Below are positions 26,194 to 39,169 of a DNA stretch of 64,000 bases, one piece after another. The position numbers and the translations under genes were made by a program. Position 1 is the stretch's first letter, and each line of letters starts with the position of its first letter. The notes beneath the pieces were generated by a model. It made no database searches. It worked only from the letters and a program-made list of their open reading frames with translations, and had not been told where the DNA came from. This DNA comes from Ascidiella aspersa (taxonomy: Eukaryota), in NCBI GenBank assembly GCA_963924565.1, contig OZ004609.1, positions 32,302,001 through 32,366,000 of the forward strand, in the 5' to 3' direction.

Positions 26194-27988
26194 GATCCCA
26201 AACTTAGTGCTTTTATTCCGATGCTTTGCAAAGGCAAGGCCGTTCGGTCTGATGGAAATTAGGCCGTTTTTAAGTTTCGTGAAAAATAACTGAAAACTGA
26301 AACGGGCGAAGGCCTGGTGATCACCTTATTGGACCATTAACGATAACCTGCATAAGGGTTTAAAAGTTAAATAATCTCAATTTGTTTGTTATTTGTAACA
26401 ATAAAGGTTTTCTATTGATTTGTTTTGCAATATATGACTAAAATACATGCACCAGTTTGATATATTATAATCGGCACCGATTTCCACTCTAGTATCGAAG
26501 TACCGATACTGTAACCTGTGCTGTTGCTGCCGACCTAATAATATCAGACATTTGAAGTTAGATGCTCGTCCTGCATATTTGTCCTGATTATGAAGGCTGA
26601 TTGTAATGCTTACAAATATGCACTGACGCGTCTGATCACCAGCACTTGTACATGTTGTTCGGTGTGCAATAAACATCCTTGTTTTTGATACTAGAAAGTT
26701 GTTGCTGATCTAAACGATCATTACCCTTCCTAATATGAAGTTGCAACAACAAGTCAAAATAAAACAAATCTTTGCCACATCAACATGTAAAATACTGTAC
26801 AATTAATTGGGCTACCACGCGGCGCACAACTACATAATTAAACTAGCATAATTCTATGAGCGACTAAAAAGGGATGAAGGTCCTTACTCCTTATGTCAGC
26901 TGCTACCCACAGTTTTTTACCACAAAACTAAGCGAACATCTCCTTATTTGAATTTTTCACGAATTACATGCGGAGAGCATATTGGTAACCCCAAAATGGA
27001 TATTTTGTGGTTGCACAGGACGTTTAGCTACACCAAACATTTAGATTGTATGATTGACATGTATTGCAGCAAGCTCGCGTTTTAGAAAAGAAAGCATAAA
27101 GGCATTGCGTTTTAAACAACTGTATTTTTTTGCGTGCCTTTAAGACCAAGCTCGGCAACGTAGAATTGGCATTTACCTAACTGCGATAAAATGCGGTGAA
27201 CATAGCGCCTTTTCTCACTATACACCAGGAAGCAGTATAACGCGCTGTAATTGAATTAAAGGAGTTGACCACTCTGCCGAATATAAGCGCTCCTAGCTAT
27301 TGTGCTGGAGAAATAGAACGTTGCAGTTCAGGTAGCTGCCCAGGCGTTTTCTCTCAAGATACCTTTAAGTTTGCAATTTCACAGTGTTGTAATAACTTAA
27401 GTGAATGACTTAAAAAAAAGTTGGCTAAAGTGCACATAGTGGAGTTGACTAGAGTGCACATCAATCATTTTTTCGAATTACTTGACTGTACTTAAGTCGT
27501 TTGGACAAATGACTTGGCTTAAGTCTTCAAATTTCTTGTAAACTTAGTGCAGTGGTTTTCCCGGGGGTAACAAGAGATTGTCTGGGGATGTGGGTTGCCA
27601 TGTACTATCTGTTATACTGACAAATAGACAAGCAAAACACCGATATAAACTAAAAAACTTAGCATAGAAGAAGCCGAAACACCTGCTGTGTTTGCAGTAA
27701 ACCATTCGTGTTTTTAACCATTTTTGCGTTATAAAAACACACTAACTTTTATTTCGTTGTGCGCAAATCAACCTTAAACCGTAAATGAGGCCATGCTGCA
27801 TGCTGATGGCGTAACCCGGACGTTCTTGGCGAATTTTAATGCACTTGTCTAGAAATCTGAACAGTTCCCTAATTGTAAGTGCTTGTAATCTAAATTCACC
27901 TAAATTTAGGGGTCGCATGGGTTTCGAATAATAGAAATGCAGTATCGACGACAAAAAGGCTAGGAACTGCTGAACTAGTGGTTTTAAG

Positions 27989-28508
27989 CAGACTTGGACA
28001 ACTAGATAATTCTAGTTTTCTAATTCATTGAATTAGAGCAAAATGCGGCTAATTCTAATCTAATTTGTGAATTGCTTGTGCGCTCTAATTCTAGTTCTAA
28101 CGATCTAATATAATTCGGATTTTTCCAAAAATTTTACTTTGTCCAACGGTATTTTTAGTCTCTCAGTTAACAAACACAGAAAATCAATTAAAACTCTTGG
28201 GTTAGAACGAATTTTATGTAATTTTTACAGTCTAAAAAGCATAAAACGGCATAAAAGTAGCACATACATATTTACCATTCGCGTTCTTTTTGCGATTAAT
28301 TTAAATTGAATATAAATAATTATGTGATTCTAGTTCAAATTTTAGTTGATATTTGTTTTTTTAAGAATTCGGTAATTCTAATTCTAATTTAAGAAAACTC
28401 AAAACGATCTAATTCTAATTTTAATCTAATTTTAAACAACTAAAATGCTCTACTTTTATTTCTAAACTTATTTTAAAAAGGTAAGATAAATCTAGTTGTC
28501 CAAGTTTG
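27989..28508. mobile_element. TIR element with TTCTAA subterminal repeats
   Basis: TIR CAGACTTGGACAACTAGAT/ATCTAGTTGTCCAAGTTTG, TSD GTTTTAAG/GCTTTAAG. A decayed relative lies at about 28850-29194. Confidence 0.75.
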
Positions 28509-30065
28509 GCTTTAAGGCATCACTGAACGGAGGCCCAGTTGTTTGCTCGTTTCATTTTTTTGCTTCACTCTGGAGTGATGAGTGCTTAGCAGCAGATCGA
28601 GACCGTTGTTAGTTTGCACATGACTGGCCATAAAGAACAAATTGTCATTTACCTATTTGGGCTGTACCGCGAGTCAGTTGCTACAGAACGACTATAGTTT
28701 TAGTGCAAGTTTTAATTTGAAGAGACAGCAGTCTCCACAGTGAAATAAAATTGCTTGCATTTAAAATAACTAGTAGAAATTTGACTGTTTTTAAAAGAAT
28801 GTAAGGCTCACTACCTAATTCAAGTCCCAATTTATCTAATGGGATACAGGCAGAGTTATAACAGCTCGATAATTCAACTTTCCTAGCTCCATTATAGTTA
28901 AATCAAAATGCGGCTAGTTCTAATTCTAAACAAATTTGTGAAGTAGCAAAGCAAAGAGTTTGAAAACCAGCCAAAAAGCTTCAGTCAAAACAAAGAGTTT
29001 AAAAAACAATATTTGGTTGGAACGACTTGTTGGTGATTCGTACATTCTACAAAGCATTTGTATAGTTCAAATTCCAGTTAAAAATCGTTGTTTTAAAAAT
29101 TCTGTACCTCAATGTAATCAGAAAAAAACAAAACAAACATAATATTGTTAATTTTAATCTATATTTTTTTATTAAATCTAGTTGTCCAAGTTCGGATAGC
29201 TCACTCGTCTTCGTCCCCCCCCCAAATTTTAAATTCAAAACAACTTGTCCGTATAATCATAACAATTGTCTCTGAAATATTGGGGCATCAAATTGTAGTG
29301 TGTTTGATACACCTGGAGTCCAACCTGTTACATTCGTCCCATATATTTAGTTTTCTCTGGACCTGTCTGGGTAATCCAGTCGGTAACACAGATAGCTAAT
29401 CCCTAACGCAATCACCGCGTATCTTAGTTATTTAGGACGACGGCTTTGTGCGTACAACAAACACTACGGTAAATCTAACTTAACAATTTGGTCGCAATAC
29501 TAACAAGCCATGTTGTACTTCGCTGAAGCTCTTCGTCAAAAGCGTTTAGTGTTTTTCAAATGTAGGCTTAACTTATTTCTGTGGTCTGACAATATGCACG
29601 TTGAAAGTCGAGGTGATTACAGAACGGCGATCAACGTTTTTCGTTGTCTCCTATGAAGTATAGCCCCTACTATAGGACACGTTTACTGGTCTGGGGCTAA
29701 CAATAAAGTTATAGGCTAGTTTTAAAAGTGCTCGTTTTCCTTTAGGAAAGTGGTTCCTAACCGTTTCGGAAGCGTAGGCCTACCACTAAGTGGCTTTTTA
29801 CTGTCACTCTGTATAGCACCTTGTTTCAAATGAAACCGTTTTGTTAAAAATGAAAATGGCTGATATTTTATTGATGTTTATAAGCCAGAACACAAAAGTA
29901 GGAAAACTTATTACTTCTGAAAACATGACTTATGCCATTCTTTTCGGTAATCAGTAACATATTCTTTTGATTGTTATTTGACATGAATTTTCGTTTAATA
30001 AACAGCGTTTTCACAGGTGTGGATTAACACACTGGGGTTCGTTTGTAAAATAGCCATAATTCATC

Positions 30066-33000
30066 ATGAAGAAGATTAAAAATGTTAAAAACACAAGAAC
30101 AGCCGGTAAGTAAAATACTTTTCAACCATTTAAAAAATTGAAACGAGTTATTACTAAAATACTTTTATTAAAACTCTGCAACGAAGCTGCGTATTTAAAT
30201 TATTTAAATAACACCGCAAAAATGCAAATAATTTAATGTTAGTTTTATATTTAAGTCTCCTCTGATCGAACTCCGCCTTTGCATGCCTACGCTGTCTCGC
30301 AAATTAACGTTTATCAATCTTCTTTGGTAAAATAAAAACATTTTTAAGCAATATATTGCTGTCAAAATTGAAAAAAACAATACAAATCGCACTTTTATCA
30401 GCGTTTGCAAAGTTGAAACCTTTTTGTTTGTCAGGTTCGAAATGCTTTTCCCTCCAAGCTTTAATGACGTCATCCTTCCTCTTCGTCATTTATCTGGCCC
30501 GAATTTGTCACGTAAGTCTTTTTTTCTCTGCTGGAAATAAACAAAATCGTATGCTACGTACTGACCCGTTTTTGGGAAAAGTCTATTTCTATACATCTGT
30601 TACCGTATAGCCCAGTGCTTTTCAACCTTTAAAAGTTCCATCCGGACTTTTTTATTTCGGAAAATTTCCATCCGCACGAAACAAGCCCAGTAAGTTTGCA
30701 ACTTTTTATTTGTGAAACAACAATGAAAGGGTTTGTGTATTAAAATCGTGTGCCTAAGCCTTGACCTATATAAAATAGATAGCTTAAACTGCAATTGGTG
30801 ATTAATGTATTGCACATAACGAAAAATAAAAATATGCACCATTTTCATCCGCACATTTATCCGCACCGCGTTTGTCATCCGCATTACAATTTTGTTCATC
30901 CGCACAAGTGCGTACCATCCCACGGGTTGAAAAGCACTGGTATAGGCTATTTGCTCCCATTGAAGGCATTTGTTGTCATTTACGTTTGTGGGCGAGGAGA
31001 TTGTTTTTTAATTCAGACATTCAGTTTGCCACTGATTTCCAGATGTAGAATAAGAGAGATACATCTACTAACAAAGATGATGTTAATTGGTTTCTTCACA
31101 GGGCCTCTACCTGTCAATCCCCTCACCTACCATGCTATTTCTTGCCCAAAACGTGAACGGAACGGTTGCCTCTATATCACCTATATTTACAGGCAGAGCA
31201 GTGGGAGGTATGACCGGCGCCATTCTTGCTGGTTTGATCCTCAAAGCGGGAAACCCAATGATCACTCTGGGTAAGTTCGTACTGAACATTTACTCATAAA
31301 GACAAAACGTTTTCTAGTTATCTTCAGTTTGTTTGAAACCCGCAATCGTCTTGGTCTTCTTTACCTCTCAAACTCTACAATCGTAACAGTGCCGGTAATA
31401 AACGCATTTAACACAATAATTTATTTATATCATCTTTCATTTGTTAAAACTCGTTTCTGTGTTTGCATAGTTTAGTTCTCTGGAAAATTGTAACGGCAAA
31501 ACAAGATGGTCAAAAACGGTTAAAAAACGTTTCAAATAAAAATTCGTTTTGAAGCTCAAAGGTAAATCTTTATTTGGTCTGAAACGCATTTTGTTGCGCC
31601 CCCATTTGCAAAAATCATGTACCCACTGTAAAACGAGTGGACAAATTTAAACACTAATCTTCGACCTTTAGTCTGCACAAATATAGCCCGACGAAATTTA
31701 AAATCTAATGTTATCCGTATAAATAATTTCGGACAACCTAGTTTTGCATTAAAGAGAAAGTAAATTCCTGCTTACTATGGTTTCAGGTATTGCCGTTTTC
31801 CTGTCTGGGGTTTTTATGTTCTTCATTCCCTTCGTAACGTCCACGACCATGTTGTTTCTACTTTTAACTGGCGCCGGACTGATGGCGGGTTATTTGGACG
31901 CAGGTAAGCAGAATACTAAACGAAAAACATATATTAAGTTACGCTCAATTGCCCATCCATCCCCGAAATCCTCATATAATCAATTTTCTGCTTAACCTTT
32001 TTTTTTTCTTTTCTGCTTAACCTTTTGCAGTTCACTTACTAGTAGTCTCACACTGCGAATCGCAGCTGTATTAGAGATTTTACTAAACAAAGACCCGCGG
32101 GCCAAATCCAGCCCTTATTTACTTGATTCCAAAATTCGCTGAATAAGATACGGCAACAAAATACTTAATTAACGAAAGTATGACGAATGCAAATCCAGGC
32201 TTAATTTTGATGACATTTTAAACTAAACATAAAAAAAACGTAAAATAAATACTTTTTTAAGTTTTCTTCGTTTAATAATAATAAAAACAAATGACAGTCG
32301 AAACAAATTAAATTCTTTTCGAAAAATAGTGATTGGTACCGCTGCTTCTCTATTATGTCTTTAGTAAGCCATTGTGTGTATAGTTATCTCTGCTGTGGCA
32401 ACTTCTCTTAATTGACAACTTTGATCTCGTTTATAAGTTGTCGTCAGAAAGGTTGTGTCTGACTCCAGGCATGCAAGCTCTCTTGTTGAAGTTGTGGGGC
32501 GAAAAAGACTCAAGGCCTCACATTCAGACCTTCCACTTCATGTTCACCATCGGTGCAATTCTTGCACCTTTTCTGGGTGAGACCATGTTGATATGTGTCA
32601 AGGTTATGTTAAGGCCACTTTATTTTCGGTTAGATTTTTCATTTGTTTGTCGTTCGAAGTTATTCGATAGATTAGAAGAAAACTTTTTCTTGACTATTTT
32701 TTGTCAGTATATTAAATTCGATTCGACAATGCAAATTCATAGCCTTATTTCATTGAAGTTTACTTTTTCATTCAATTCGTTTCTTTTCAACAGCACGCCC
32801 TTTTCTTGTGATGGCAAGTGAAAACCACAACACGCAAATGATTTGTCCCGGGTTCGAAGCCAACCAAAGCAAAGCGGAATCCATGAACGACACAAGGTGA
32901 ATTTAAGCTAAAGACCTCATCCTAATGTGGTGCAACATTGTGTCAAAGAAAACGAAACTATGTTTCCGTCGGTGTTATGTGTAAAAGGGGTTTGGTTTAG

Positions 33001-36000
33001 CAATGTCAACTCAAGACATTGGTGCCAATTCAAGACAGAAAGTTTCGCGATCTGATCGGATACCAAATGACGTCAGTACTATTGTCAACCGTGCAAATAA
33101 ATAAGATTGACACGTTCCTAGTTATTTTTTCCAGATAATTAGGCGCAAATTTGCTGTTAACTTTTCATTTCCAGTTGTTAGCCTACTATTTTTGGATAAA
33201 TAGATGTATAGCCTTCGAGGAGTTGGATATCAAATGTTGGCTAAAATTTCCATAATAATTTGCTATCGCATCGTCACCGAAACCACTCTGGCATCGGATT
33301 ATTAGCGATACCGCTTGACATCGGCTATCGGTTCCGATCCGATATTACCGGACATACAAACATCATTTTCATGTTTTTTTTCCGTCGTGTGTTTTCCGTT
33401 AATTGCACGAGCGTTCAGTGGCATTCATCCTGACAAAGGCGGCTTGCATAGGTTGCCGGAACGGTGGTCAAGAATTAAAATTACAAGAGGAGCTGTTTTT
33501 TTATTTATATTACTATGCCTGGTAGCAACAGTTTATATACAGACACCATTGTATGGCCAAAACATTCCTTAAACTTTATTAAACCATAAGGATCTTTATT
33601 CCTGAAACATTGTTGTTTCTGTAGGTCAGTTGAGTCCGATGGTATCAGCCCTGTGTCGTACGCCTTCGTTATTGTTGCAGTCTTCATGGTGTCTGTGTCC
33701 TTGTGCTTCTTCTTCATGGCTGCCGTCCGGATTACCAAGAGGATTAAGAAGCACAGAAAGGGTGAATACACACTGCTGTGTAACTTTTTTTAAACCACGT
33801 TTTAGATCATTTGGCTTTACAATTGGTATTTTGCGCTTAGTTCTGTCTGTCATACTTAAATCGGATTCCGTCATAGTTTCTTCTACATTCAATAAAAATG
33901 CGTTGGATGTAAACCGGTTTCTACAGTGTTACTTCGCTGAATCAAACTTCCAGTTGAAGAACAAACGTCCATCTCACAACACCAGGACTGCTGAGTCAAT
34001 GTAGGACAAGCAGAATCCGATTCCGGTTGAAGAAATTAAGCCGAGTTTGACCTCAGCTGAAAAATAATGTACAGCTGTGTCCCGAGTCCGCCCAAGAGCA
34101 CTGTATACCAACCATCTTAGTATTTTAAATAGGTTGTATAATGAAATGGTTTCGGTTTCTACAAAATGAATGGTAAAATGTGGAGCAAAGTATAGTTTTT
34201 AACGTTTGCCTGCATATTTTTTAGATCTAAGCATTTATCTTACAAACGATGGATTGTATTCTAGAATAGCATCACTGTCTTGCTTTAAAACTTTTGTCCA
34301 AACTTCTTAATTGATGTAAAACCGTTTGACTATTCTTCAGGGGAGCAACGAGCTGTCGAGGAACGGCCTGAGGAACCGTTGAAGGACGTTTGGGTCTTGT
34401 TTCTCCTGGTGATGCTTTTCTACTTCTTCCTAATCGGAGGAGTCCATCCATACGCCGCCTACATCTTTTCCATTTGCGTTTGCTCCGAACTTCAATTTTC
34501 GGTGAAATTTAGGACTGTTAATTCGCATTGAACTAGTTGGTAACAGCATTTTAGTAATCGAATTATCGGAAAATCATCGAGGTTACCCTTAAATGTGTTA
34601 AACTGAAGAAACAACAATAAATAGAAATCGCTCTTCTGGTGTAAACGAAGTATAAACCTTTTTGCGTCAGTGGCACGTTTTGCGAACGTGTGTCCGTGAA
34701 AACATAAGCCTTGATAGGCCTACACCCTATTGCATTTTACTTGCGCTTGTGCTTTTATTAGTGTATTTTAACTGCTTTCTTTTCTATTTTGACCTGAACA
34801 AGCACGGTTATGCGGAAACTTGTAAAGATTTTAAAACAATATATCGTTAAACAGTGTCATCTGGTTTCCAGATTTAGAAATAAATAAACCCGGATATTAA
34901 CAAGATTCGTTTCCGTCATCAAACTTGGCAGATTAAGGAGGTAGGGTGGTCACCAAAACACCAATGGTTCACACATCCAGAGAAAAAAAGTTCTCGTGTG
35001 GAACAATCTGACATGCAACTTCCAACACTGCTGCATCTTGCCTTTGCAGGAATCTGACGCCAGCTTGCTTAACTCTGTCTTATGGTTCGGTTACGCTGCT
35101 GGAAGGTTTACGGCAATCGCGGCTGCAAAGTTTCTCAAACCTAGCCTCATCATCACGGTCTGCCTTATCGGAGCATTTCTGTCCATGGTAGGCCCGCTCA
35201 AGCAAATTGTGTCTTTCATCTGAAGCATTCTGCACTACCTGTTTACTTGATAAGTGTTAGGTGTTAAAACTAATATTACTTTGGGGATCAATGTAACACG
35301 CGAACCCTGTATGTCAATTAAATAACCGGGACAGTGAGATTTAGAAAAATGATATTTATTTTTTTTTATTTGTAGTAAAGCATTCTGGCAATGATAAGTT
35401 GACCAATTTTTTTAGCATAGCTAAACAGGAAATATTGCGAGTAATGTGTTAATGCAATAAAAACGCATGAATACCTGATACTATAAAAAAATGAATACTT
35501 GTTACTACAAAGATATTTAGAATTTATTTGCTGGAAAACCTTTGTAAGCTATAGGTGGCAATTTTTTTTTCTAGGTTGTGATGAGCATTTCTGGCACTAG
35601 CAGTCACGTGATTCCCTGGCTGGTGACGTTTTTTTACGGCTACTTCGTTTCCATACTTTATCCAGCCGGTGTGTCGTGGATCTCCAGCATTACTAACATA
35701 TCAGGTAATGCAAACAAGTCCTCCTAACAATATATATGAATTTGGCATATGGGTGTTTACGCTTTTAAGAAAAATATTCGACTCTTGTTATTTCGACTGA
35801 ATCACGGTATAAAAACTGTAGTACCAACAGTAAAATTAATCGAATTTTTTGGTTCAACCGTGTAAGGTATGAGCTTAAAAATAAGAAACCAACATTTATG
35901 CAAATGTGGTTATTTAAGTGTTTCTAAACTATTTATGGATTGTGGTCCCCCCTCGTTTTACAAATATAAGTCACGGAACGCGACAATATTTGAAATAATA

Positions 36001-37276
36001 TATGATCGTGGCTCACCGAGGACATCTCCATGTCTACCTATAGTGGGGCCGAATCCCCCGATTAAGACGTGGGCTAATCAGTTAAAATTCGAATCGTAGG
36101 TTTCATGTTTCCAAATGTCATATAAAATTGTTACATTCTAACATTTATTTAACCTTAATATACAGGCAAGTACATGTTTATCTTCAATATCGGAAATTCA
36201 ATCGGATCGATGAGCATGACGCCGATAGGTGGCGTAATATTCCAACAACTGCCGCTAGGGGTCGTTTACACAAGTTCAGGTGAGAAAATAAACAGGCAAG
36301 AACCCTGTCTGATCTCAAGTTACTATTTTTGCTATTAGACAAGCTGGGAAAACGTAGAAGGGCTCACCACGCTGAAAGGCACAAGTTGGTTCCAACTAAG
36401 TCGATTAGACGCCTTACGATTCTGTAAGTCGTAAAACAACAACATGCGTAAGTGTCGCAGACTAGATCGGGAAACAATCCCCAAAGTAGCTGCTATGGAT
36501 AGAAATGACTGTACTTTTTCGAGCAAGACGTTTATTGGACAGAACGATAATCAGTATACGGCAAATAACCATGCACACCAAGTGCTCGCACAAGGCTACT
36601 GCTTGTCTCTAACCAGCGAGATTGCAAACTGTGCTCAAAATGCGCCGGATTCTCTCCGTATCCACCCGACGAATAATACTAAAAACTGACACTGCGCAAT
36701 AGCAAACGAAATCGACACAAATATATCGCAGCGCTAAGAAAAGGTAGGCTACAAAATTCACACGAAGTTCTACCCCTGAGGGAAACCTAGGCGGCGGGTA
36801 GCCGACCCGAACGGCAGTTCCCGCGGCCTAACACATTAGTTATGATTCAAAGGGTTACAATAATTCAATTTGTGACAGTAAGGATGTCCGGTACTTTGCA
36901 TTCTGTTACGACACGGATATTTGGTATAATTTGTCCAAAAAGTATGGCCACCCGATCCAACATTAAAATACCTTATTACTATTTGTAAAACAAGCAAAAT
37001 TATACAATTAAAGCGTGCAGAACGTTTTTTTCTATTTGGTGGGCAAAACTTATTTAGGGTTTTTTAAGGTTATCCGATGAGCTCGGACAAACCTAACAAT
37101 GTGTCCCTTACTGCTTCATGCGTAAAAAAGTAATTCCCTTTTTTTCTTTAACAGCTTTCGTCTTCGGGAATATGATCGTATTCGCGATAATGGTGATCTA
37201 CGTGAAACATTGTCGCCAAGTTAGAACTTGCAACGTGGACGAATCGACCCAGCTCGAATTGATCGAAATGAAATAG
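30066..37276 (+). CDS. MFS transporter, MFSD4/sodium-dependent glucose transporter 1 (NaGLT1, SLC60)-like, paralog A, 12 exons, about 471 aa
   Basis: Exons 30066-30105, 30435-30511, 31102-31270, 31787-31903, 32469-32576, 32794-32896, 33625-33761, 34341-34501, 35050-35187, 35575-35704, 36166-36279, 37155-37276, all GT-AG and in frame. Motifs PTMLFLAQNVN, IFTGRAVG and GYLDAGMQALLLKLWGEKDSRPHIQTFHFMFTIGAILAPFL resemble the MFSD4 family; many hydrophobic helices. Confidence 0.88.
30613..30939. mobile_element. hAT-like MITE
   Basis: Perfect 15-bp TIR CAGTGCTTTTCAACC/GGTTGAAAAGCACTG, TSD GTATAGCC/GTATAGGC, internal CATCCGCA repeats. Confidence 0.82.
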
Positions 37277-38823
37277 CTTCGGTTACTTTGTGTTATTCTT
37301 TACCTCAAGCACCTCCGAAAAAGGCCTTCTTAATTTTATCCATTTAAACAGTTTAAAGGCGTTTTTACCTATGTGCGAAATAATGCCATCTTTGTAAGGT
37401 AGCTTTTGTGTTGCGAGTAACACCTCTTCAATCTCTAACAAATTACACAAATGTGGTGTTAAAACGACAACTTCTTTATGACGCCAAGTTTCGATGTAAC
37501 TTTGTGACGTCACATAATGGCGTAACTTTGTGACTTTATTTCTAACAAAAAAACTCTTTTTTCAGAAAAAATCGTTATGTTATTAAAGCAAATGTAGCTT
37601 TAAAAACGTCGTTAAAGTTATTGCATGGAAGTTTTGTGCGTGTTAATAACCTCGGAGGTTGCTCGATTGTATGTTGCTATAGGGAAACCTTTTTGTGTCT
37701 CCGTTTTACATTGATTTTTTCTGGGATCTCCATTCTTCTCGGCGCATCTACGCAAAAAACGACAGTCACAGCATTGCATCAAAAATATATATTAAGCTTG
37801 AAAAATTAGTGAACCCGCTCAATTCGAGCAATAATGCATAACAAACACCAATAACCGAAACGAATGACAATTGACTTATATAAACCGAGACAACAAATAT
37901 GTATTCAATCAAAAACTTTCTTTAATTCAAGTCGTTTACGAAAAAGACCTAATTCAAGTCAAGCCATTCGTCTAAATGACTGGAGTCAAGCCATTTTTCC
38001 CGAAAGACTGAAGTCTAATTAAAGAATTTGAAAATACCAACTTTAGTTAAGTAATTGGCTTAGTCATTACGGAACTGAATTTAACATGCGCTCCTTATTA
38101 AAACGTATGCAGTTGTGTTGTGACCCTCATTCAACAATCGCATCCAAATGCTTAGCGAACAGTTCAAAATTGCTTTATAGTTTGTCGGGACTATTGCAAT
38201 AATAATATAGTAGGCTAGCCGTTAACCGCAATCCGGAATTCCAGAACAAAGGACTTAAAACTAAAAAAGGACGCCCTTGCGTTGTATTGGCGGCGATTCA
38301 CACGGCACTTTTTGTAACATATGTCTATTTATTTGAAATATCAAGGCAGCTGAATATTTAGACTCGGCGAAGTCAGACAACAAGTTGCAGTGTAACTTGC
38401 AACATGTTCACCAGTTTACATGACCGGTTAAATATTAATTGCCCACATTTAAGGCTGTAGAAATCTGACACATTTTATCCAGAAGTCGTTTGAATTCTAC
38501 GATTCATTTCTAGTTTGCGCCGTTTTGTTTAACATTTCTTAAAAGTTTTGCAGCAGTAGATATTATTATAAGCGAAACCTATTTTCGGTACTGTCTTTCT
38601 CTACTGATACAACCGTACAGACTCATGTTATTATGTCGTTTGTCTTACTTCTCTACGGTATTATATAAGATAGATAATTCCGTTTTCTATATGTTGTAGC
38701 TTTATACGTCTTGTTGTGTGCCAACAATCCAAGTTACTTAAACAGCTGCACGAGATCACATTCACTGTGCATTCGTACCAGAGCAATCACGTATACAGAG
38801 ACAAAGCGTACTGTTTCTGCATG

Positions 38824-39007
38824 TGGTTGGAGGTGGTAGTAAGACGTAATAAGAATATCAAAGCCCATACAGAAGTCGGTATCATTTTAAACGTTTCAAA
38901 TACCTCGTTATGTTGAAGATAAGTAGTTATTCGAAACGTTGAAAGAGTTATTCGAAACGTTTAAAATGACACCTACTTCTGTATGGGCTTTAATATTATT
39001 ATTACGT
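38824..39007. mobile_element. Fold-back Penelope-like fragment, family B, with degenerate hammerhead-like centre
   Basis: Inverted arms ACGTAATAAGAATATCAAAGCCCATACAGAAGT...AAACGTTTC and GAAACGTTT...ACTTCTGTATGGGCTTTAATATT...TTACGT. Centre TTGAAGA-T-AAGTA(GT)TATTC-GAAA-CG-TT at 38913-38940. Related copies at 53161-53625 and 53288-53405. Confidence 0.55.
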
Positions 39008-39169
39008 TTCTGCTTGTGTTTACCTGGAGTTGAAATTCCAACCACAGGCAAATAATAATGTACACAAGGAAACAAAATTTAGTTGTTTTTAATTTCATGT
39101 TAACCTCTGTTTATCTGTACAGGTATGTTATTAACAAGTTATTAAAATAGATAGCCTAAAAGTTCAATT

